Positions 9,514-14,213 of a DNA stretch of 14,213 bases are shown in pieces. The notes under the pieces are model-generated. The model saw nothing but the letters and a program-made list of their open reading frames with translations. It had not been told where the DNA came from and did no database searches. This DNA is from a virus, in the UHGV virus genome UHGV-0136963; one strand, written 5' to 3'. The position numbers and the translations under genes are program-made. The first letter of the stretch is position 1; each line of letters starts with the position of its first letter.

Positions 9514-11792
9514 TGGCTAAAGCATGGAAAGATGTTATCGCCTCTCCACAGTATCAGGCGTTAGCACCAGAACAAAAAGCGCAGGCTCAGGAGCAATACT
9601 TCAATGAAGTCGTGGCCCCGCAAGCCGGAGAAAATGCAGAGCAGGCAAAACAAGCGTTTTACTCTGCTTACCCTAGAGGTCTGCTAGAGAAGGGTAATAT
9701 TGACATTCACAATCGGCCTGTTGTTAAAAACTCTGATGGCAGCATTAGCACTGTGCGGAGCATGTCTACCAATATAGATGGTAGAGAGGTGCTGATTCCT
9801 ACCGTTAGTGATGATGGTCGCATTATGTCTGATGATGAAGCTATTGATAACTTCATGAGGACGGGAAAGCATCTTGGTATGTTCGACAATCCTGACGATG
9901 CCACTGCATATGCGGAGAGTCTGCACAACCAGCAAGCTGATGAATACCTCCCTAGGAAGAATCAAGCTACACAACAGCCTGTACAGCAAAGTACACAGGC
10001 AGCGCCACAGCAGCAAGGAGGTTTCATTTCCGACCTTGGCAATGCCGCGGCTGAAACTGGTCGCGGACTGGTGCAGGCTGGCGTGAACGTGGCAAACATA
10101 CCTGCATCAGTTGCCGATGCTGTAACAAGTGCGGCTGCATGGGCTGGCGGTAAACTCGGCATTGGCGATGGTACATATCAACCAGCGCCACGAGTAACAA
10201 CGCAGGGATTAGAGCAGGACTTTGGCCTTCAGCAAGGCGCGCTGACTCCACAAACGACAGAGGGCAGGGTGTTTGCTGAAGCATTGCCTTACCTCACTCC
10301 TGCTGGCGTTGAGAGAGCGGCGGTACAGGCACCAACACTTGCTGGTCGAATTGCTCAGGGGGCAACACGACTTCTCGCAGAAAACGCAGTTGGATCACTT
10401 GCTGCAAATAGTGCGAAAGATGATGCGGAAGCCCTCGCCACCGATTTAGGCGTTGGTGTGCTGGCTGGCGGTGCTATTAACGCTGCCGGAAGTGGATTAG
10501 GTGCTGCTTATCGTGGCGTTCGTGGTGCTATTGCGCCAGAAGCGCAGCAGGCTATCAGATTTGCAGAGCGTGAAGGTGTTCCTCTGCACACCACAGACCT
10601 GTTACAACCCACTTCCCGCGTCGGAAAAATGGCGCAGACTACAGCAGAAAATATCCCTCTTGCTGGCACAAGCGGAATGAGAGCAACGCAACAGGAAGCG
10701 AGAAGCCAGCTGGTGCAGAGATTTGCCGATAAATTCGGTGAGTATGATCCAGCGGTTGTTATTGACAGCCTTAAAGCGAAAACATCAGGAATTCGTCGTG
10801 CCGCCGGTAATCGACTGGAGCAGGTTCAGAATGCTATGGCCGGAGTAAACATTCAGCCTGCGCGAGCAATTCAGCAGATTGATACAGAAATATCTAACCT
10901 GCAGAAGCTTGGTAAGGTTGCTGATAACGAGACTATTTCAAAACTTCAGTCATATCGTGATGAGCTTGTTCGCAATGCTGGCCCTGATGGTCCTGTAAAT
11001 CTGGATTTGAAGCAATTAAGCGACCTGCGCAGCCAGTTCAGAATGGACGTGAAGGGTGAACGACCAGTGTTACCAAACCGTTCCGATGCCGCCATTCAGC
11101 GCGTTTACAAGGCAATGACTGACGATATCAATGGTGCCATTGGTCAGAATCTTGGCAACGATACTCTCCGTAAATATCAGCAGGCCAATGCCGTCTACGC
11201 TGACGAAGCGGCGAAACTAAAGAATACCAGGCTGAAGAATGTTCTCATGAAAGGCGACCTGACGCCGGAAGTTGTCAACAACATGCTATTCAGCAAGAAC
11301 AAATCGGAAATTAAGACGCTGTATAACTCAGTTGGTCGTGTTGGCAGGGCGCAAATGCGCAATGGCATCATTGGAAAGGCGATGGAGAAATCAGGCGGAT
11401 CCCCTGACCAGTTCCTTCGACAGCTTAACATCCTGCAAAACCAGACTGGCATCACATTTAAAGGTCAGGACGCTGCTTATCTGAAAGGATTGAAAAATTA
11501 CCTTCAGTCCACGCAGCAGGCTGCAAAAGCGGCAGTAACAACACCAACAGGGCAGCAAACCATCCCGTTCATTATCGGATATGGGACAGCAATGAACCCT
11601 GCGACAACTGGCGCAGCGGTAAGCTACGGACTTCTTACTCGCGCCTATGAGAGCGAGCCATTCAGAAATGCAATGCTCCGAATGGCAAACACCCCACGCG
11701 GATCAACAGCGTTCGAGAAAGCCATGCAGCAGGCACAAAAGGCCATTAACGCCCTGACTCAGGGTACCAAGTCTGATGCGCTGTCAGAATAG
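9513..11792 (+). CDS. Ejection (DNA-transfer) protein, homologue of P22 gene 16, with about 150 extra residues
   Basis: 759 aa. The central and C-terminal parts (…NIPASVADAVTSAAAWAGGKLGIGDGTYQPAPR…GALTPQTTEGR…IPLAGTSGMRATQQEAR…TDDINGAIGQ…KGDLTPEVVNNMLFSKNKSE…GSPDQFLRQLNILQNQTGITFKG…) match P22 gp16 as recalled. P22 gp16 is about 609 aa from memory. The start overlaps the gp20 stop (TAATG). Confidence 0.9.
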   Translation: MAKAWKDVIASPQYQALAPEQKAQAQEQYFNEVVAPQAGENAEQAKQAFYSAYPRGLLEKGNIDIHNRPVVKNSDGSISTVRSMSTNIDGREVLIPTVSDDGRIMSDDEAIDNFMRTGKHLGMFDNPDDATAYAESLHNQQADEYLPRKNQATQQPVQQSTQAAPQQQGGFISDLGNAAAETGRGLVQAGVNVANIPASVADAVTSAAAWAGGKLGIGDGTYQPAPRVTTQGLEQDFGLQQGALTPQTTEGRVFAEALPYLTPAGVERAAVQAPTLAGRIAQGATRLLAENAVGSLAANSAKDDAEALATDLGVGVLAGGAINAAGSGLGAAYRGVRGAIAPEAQQAIRFAEREGVPLHTTDLLQPTSRVGKMAQTTAENIPLAGTSGMRATQQEARSQLVQRFADKFGEYDPAVVIDSLKAKTSGIRRAAGNRLEQVQNAMAGVNIQPARAIQQIDTEISNLQKLGKVADNETISKLQSYRDELVRNAGPDGPVNLDLKQLSDLRSQFRMDVKGERPVLPNRSDAAIQRVYKAMTDDINGAIGQNLGNDTLRKYQQANAVYADEAAKLKNTRLKNVLMKGDLTPEVVNNMLFSKNKSEIKTLYNSVGRVGRAQMRNGIIGKAMEKSGGSPDQFLRQLNILQNQTGITFKGQDAAYLKGLKNYLQSTQQAAKAAVTTPTGQQTIPFIIGYGTAMNPATTGAAVSYGLLTRAYESEPFRNAMLRMANTPRGSTAFEKAMQQAQKAINALTQGTKSDALSE

Positions 11793-11881
11793 CTTCGCAA
11801 ACACCAGGAACGTGCAAAAACCAAATATGTAGAACGCAATATTCAGCATATCTCTTTGCATAAATCCTCCGTAACTGATGG

Positions 11882-12145
11882 TTAACTGCTGTCTTTTTTA
11901 TATAGCTCCTTGAGCGTATCAAAGACAATTTTCTTAACCATATCAGATTGTTGTTCTGCCATACGCTCTGCATCGTCAATGTAAACTGATGCAGAGCTTT
12001 GTTTAGCCAATGATTCTTCAATCGCTGCAATTATCTCTGAGTTCAGCGACCTGTTATTCATTTTCGCGCGCTGTTTAATTTTCGCGTGGAGTTCATGCGG
12101 AAGTCTCAAGTGAAACTGCGCCTCGTCGTATTTGCTGTACATCAT
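11882..12145 (-). CDS. mnt: Mnt-like ribbon-helix-helix transcriptional repressor (Arc/Mnt family)
   Basis: The 87-aa product MMYSKYDEAQFHLRLPHELHAKIKQRAKMNNRSLNSEIIAAIEESLAKQSSASVYIDDAERMAEQQSDMVKKIVFDTLKELYKKDSS aligns along its length with P22 Mnt as recalled (…HFNFRMPMEVREKLKFRAEANGRSMNSELLQIVQDAL…NDAERLADEQSELVKKMVFDTLKDLYKKTT). I chose the ATGATG start at 12145/12142 because GGTGAGG lies 5-6 nt upstream; the ORF-track start at 12175 would add 10 residues with no RBS. Confidence 0.9.
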   Translation of the reverse strand: MMYSKYDEAQFHLRLPHELHAKIKQRAKMNNRSLNSEIIAAIEESLAKQSSASVYIDDAERMAEQQSDMVKKIVFDTLKELYKKDSS

Positions 12146-12263
12146 TGATGCCTCACCAGTTGGGTGGAATGGCATCGTAACCTACTGGATAAATACTCAA
12201 TAGTACCATTTCGGTATGCAATCACATCATGGTTGCATCATATCATTCGTCTGGAGCAATGAA
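12146..12263. promoter_or_regulatory. Divergent intergenic region between mnt and the tailspike gene; candidate mnt promoter and operator
   Basis: 118-bp non-coding gap between divergently oriented genes. It contains the inverted repeat ATGCAA (12216-12221) / TTGCAT (12233-12238) with an 11-bp spacer, each arm reading as a TTGCAT -35-like hexamer on one strand. On the minus strand TGgTACTAT is an extended -10-like element about 50 nt upstream of the mnt start. Also present: CCAGT (12156-12160) / ACTGG (12184-12188), and TACT-N4-AGTA (12194-12205). No experimental support. Confidence 0.35.
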
Positions 12264-14162
12264 ATGTCAGATATCACCGCAAATGTTGTGGTAAGCATGC
12301 CTTCGCAACTCTTCACTATGGCTCGTTCTTTTAAAGCCGTAGCCAATGGTAAAATTTATATCGGTAAAATTGACACTGACCCGGAAAACCCTGAAAACCA
12401 GATTCAGGTTTATGTGGAGAACGAAGACGGCTCTCACGTTCCTGTTTCGCAACCAATCATCATTAACGCTGCTGGTTACCCTGTATATAACGGACAGATT
12501 GCCAAGTTCGTAACTGTGCAAGGCCACTCTATGGCTGTTTATGATGCATATGGTGTGCAGCAGTTCTATTTTCCTAATTTACTGAAGTATGATCCTGATC
12601 AGTTGCGAGTTGATATTTCATCAAACAATGGAGATAAGATTGTCGGGAGCACATATGGTGGTAATGTTTATAGCGATTACATGCCATATGTATACAAAAA
12701 ATCTGGAGATATGTCAGTTGGCGGAGTGATATTAAATAAATACGAATCATTCAAATATTCAGATGGAATGTATTATTCATATATAGGAAATATACCAATT
12801 GATGGTTATATAGTTACGCCAGGCTCCACTCCAGACTCAACATGGGTGTGTGTTGGATTTCTTTCTGGGTATTCAGTAGATGACCCAAGAAATTACGGAG
12901 CAAAACCATGCGATCCAACATTCGACAGCTCTGATGCACTGGATTTGTGGAGAGATAGTATAATCAAGAGAAATCGCAAAACAACTTACTCAACTGATAG
13001 AGAAGATCCAAACATGTACAATTTGGGTGGCACTGTTTTTGATATGACTCAGGGCACTTACTATGTATCACGTCCATTTACAATAACAGATTGTTTGAAT
13101 TTTTCTATGTTGAATCCATCTCTTTTAGCAATTGGAGCATTTCCTTCGACAGAACCTGTTCTAGATTTTCGTAAAGTTAACGGCTCTAGACCAATTGAAA
13201 ACATCGTGGTATTTAATCCTAATATCGATGCTAACTGGAAAGCTTCCGGCGCAATTAGGGTTTATGATGACTTTTTGAAAGTGACTATATGGGGAGGTCT
13301 ACTGACAAGATACTTGCGTTATGGATTAAAGACTGAACCAAATGACTCACAGCCACATGAATTAAATGTGGGAAAAACTTTTATATTTCAACAACCAGAT
13401 TGGAATGCTTCTTACCCAACTAACGTTACAGATGGCGTTGGCTTGGATATCAACAACTATGATAATAACTTCTCAGACTTAGTTATTGGTTCACAGTATG
13501 CAGATGTTATGTATTTACGTAAAGGAGCAAATTCTTTTAGTAATAGTCATTTTTATCCAAATCAGTCTGCTGATAGCGCAAAAGGGCGTGTGGTTATAAT
13601 GTCTAACGCAGATATTTTTGTTGGATGCTATTTCGATGGATGCTTAATTGAATCAAACTCAGACGGTGCGAGATTTACTGTTAGCTCATGCAACTGGTTA
13701 GTACCTGAACATGGAGTTGCAATAAATCTTATATCAAATCCGTTTCAGGTTAAGATAACAGGTTGCAGATTCCGTAATACAACGGGAACTGTAATGCCAC
13801 TTAGCGTTATTCGCATGAAGACCATAGCAGAAGGAAGATCATCCAGGCCAGATATAAGAAACAACTTTTCTGAAGGTTGCCAATCTATATCAACATCAGG
13901 TAGGGAGTTTTTCACACTAACAGTATCTGGATCGTCAAGGGTTGTAACAAGAGCAATACCAGATCAATTCCAGCCAGCAAATACAGTATCAATTCAGGAG
14001 GTAGCAGCAAACACAAACGATGATACATGGCTTATAAAAGCTAGATTAATTAGTTCAAGCCAAGTAAGGATCAGGCCATACAATATGGATACAGGGTGGT
14101 CATCACAAGCAACGTATTCAGGTCAGGTTGTACTTATTTATAATTCAGAAAATGACATGTAA
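12264..14162 (+). CDS. Tailspike protein, homologue of P22 gene 9; P22-like head-binding domain plus a divergent receptor-binding domain
   Basis: 632 aa. N-terminus [97 protein letters not shown]…LKYDPDQ is near-identical to the P22 tailspike head-binding domain ([40 protein letters not shown]…). Start placed at the ATG at 12264 (GGAG 8 nt upstream) rather than the ORF-track ATG at 12216. The remainder does not resemble the P22 receptor-binding domain. Confidence 0.93.
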   Translation: MSDITANVVVSMPSQLFTMARSFKAVANGKIYIGKIDTDPENPENQIQVYVENEDGSHVPVSQPIIINAAGYPVYNGQIAKFVTVQGHSMAVYDAYGVQQFYFPNLLKYDPDQLRVDISSNNGDKIVGSTYGGNVYSDYMPYVYKKSGDMSVGGVILNKYESFKYSDGMYYSYIGNIPIDGYIVTPGSTPDSTWVCVGFLSGYSVDDPRNYGAKPCDPTFDSSDALDLWRDSIIKRNRKTTYSTDREDPNMYNLGGTVFDMTQGTYYVSRPFTITDCLNFSMLNPSLLAIGAFPSTEPVLDFRKVNGSRPIENIVVFNPNIDANWKASGAIRVYDDFLKVTIWGGLLTRYLRYGLKTEPNDSQPHELNVGKTFIFQQPDWNASYPTNVTDGVGLDINNYDNNFSDLVIGSQYADVMYLRKGANSFSNSHFYPNQSADSAKGRVVIMSNADIFVGCYFDGCLIESNSDGARFTVSSCNWLVPEHGVAINLISNPFQVKITGCRFRNTTGTVMPLSVIRMKTIAEGRSSRPDIRNNFSEGCQSISTSGREFFTLTVSGSSRVVTRAIPDQFQPANTVSIQEVAANTNDDTWLIKARLISSSQVRIRPYNMDTGWSSQATYSGQVVLIYNSENDM

Positions 14163-14184
14163 ATCAGCTCAGAAATAATTGGAT

Positions 14185-14213
14185 ACACCACCATATGTTA
14201 TGGTGGTGTGTTT
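14185..14213 (+). terminator. Rho-independent terminator at the end of the late operon
   Basis: ACACCACCAT (14185-14194), loop ATGTT, ATGGTGGTGT (14200-14209), followed by GTTT at the window edge. A perfect 10-bp stem 23 nt after the tailspike stop. The U-tract is cut off by the end of the window. Confidence 0.6.

Noticed and set aside
9684-10284. Minus-strand ORFs (66-110 aa) within the 5' part of gp16
   Set aside because: Antisense to a well-supported gene; the cysteine- and leucine-rich translations look like frame artefacts.
11793-11881. A bidirectional terminator hairpin between the convergent gp16 and mnt genes
   Set aside because: I could find only weak, imperfect inverted repeats here by eye and nothing with a GC-rich stem plus U-tract; left uncalled pending computational folding.
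11746-12030. 94-aa minus-strand ORF overlapping the gp16 3' end and mnt in another frame
   Set aside because: It overlaps two well-supported genes out of frame, has no RBS and an implausible composition; likely a chance ORF.
12146-12175. Longer Mnt start (MPFHPTGEAS…) at 12175
   Set aside because: No RBS precedes it, whereas GGTGAGG sits just upstream of the ATGATG at 12145/12142, and the shorter product aligns end to end with P22 Mnt.
12216-12263. ORF-track start for the tailspike, adding 16 N-terminal residues ([16 protein letters not shown])
   Set aside because: The P22 tailspike begins at the equivalent of [11 protein letters not shown]; the ATG at 12264 has GGAG 8 nt upstream; and the extension overlaps the intergenic inverted repeat, so it is most likely non-coding.
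1-14213. Defence system, integrase, transposase, tRNA or att site
   Set aside because: None of the ORFs or intergenic regions show the expected signatures; every sizeable ORF is accounted for by a virion structural or mnt homologue.

Overview
This window is the late (virion assembly) operon of a P22-like short-tailed phage or prophage, read left to right on the + strand: portal (5' end cut by the window edge), scaffolding protein, coat protein, a small ORF, then homologues of P22 gp4, gp10, gp26 (tail needle), gp14, the ejection proteins gp7, gp20 and gp16, and the tailspike. Gene order, sizes and several protein sequences match P22 as I recall them, and the 282-aa tail needle suggests the Sf6/HK620-like subgroup. 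The one minus-strand gene is an Mnt-like ribbon-helix-helix repressor sitting between gp16 and the tailspike, with no arc, ant or sieA nearby. I found no tRNA, CRISPR array, integrase, transposase or recognisable defence system. The points worth a second look are the orphan Mnt with an Arc-like recognition strand, the AT-rich mosaic tailspike, an apparently extended gp16, the knobbed tail needle, and a strong terminator right after the coat gene. All homology statements rest on reading the translations against remembered sequences; no searches or computations were run.
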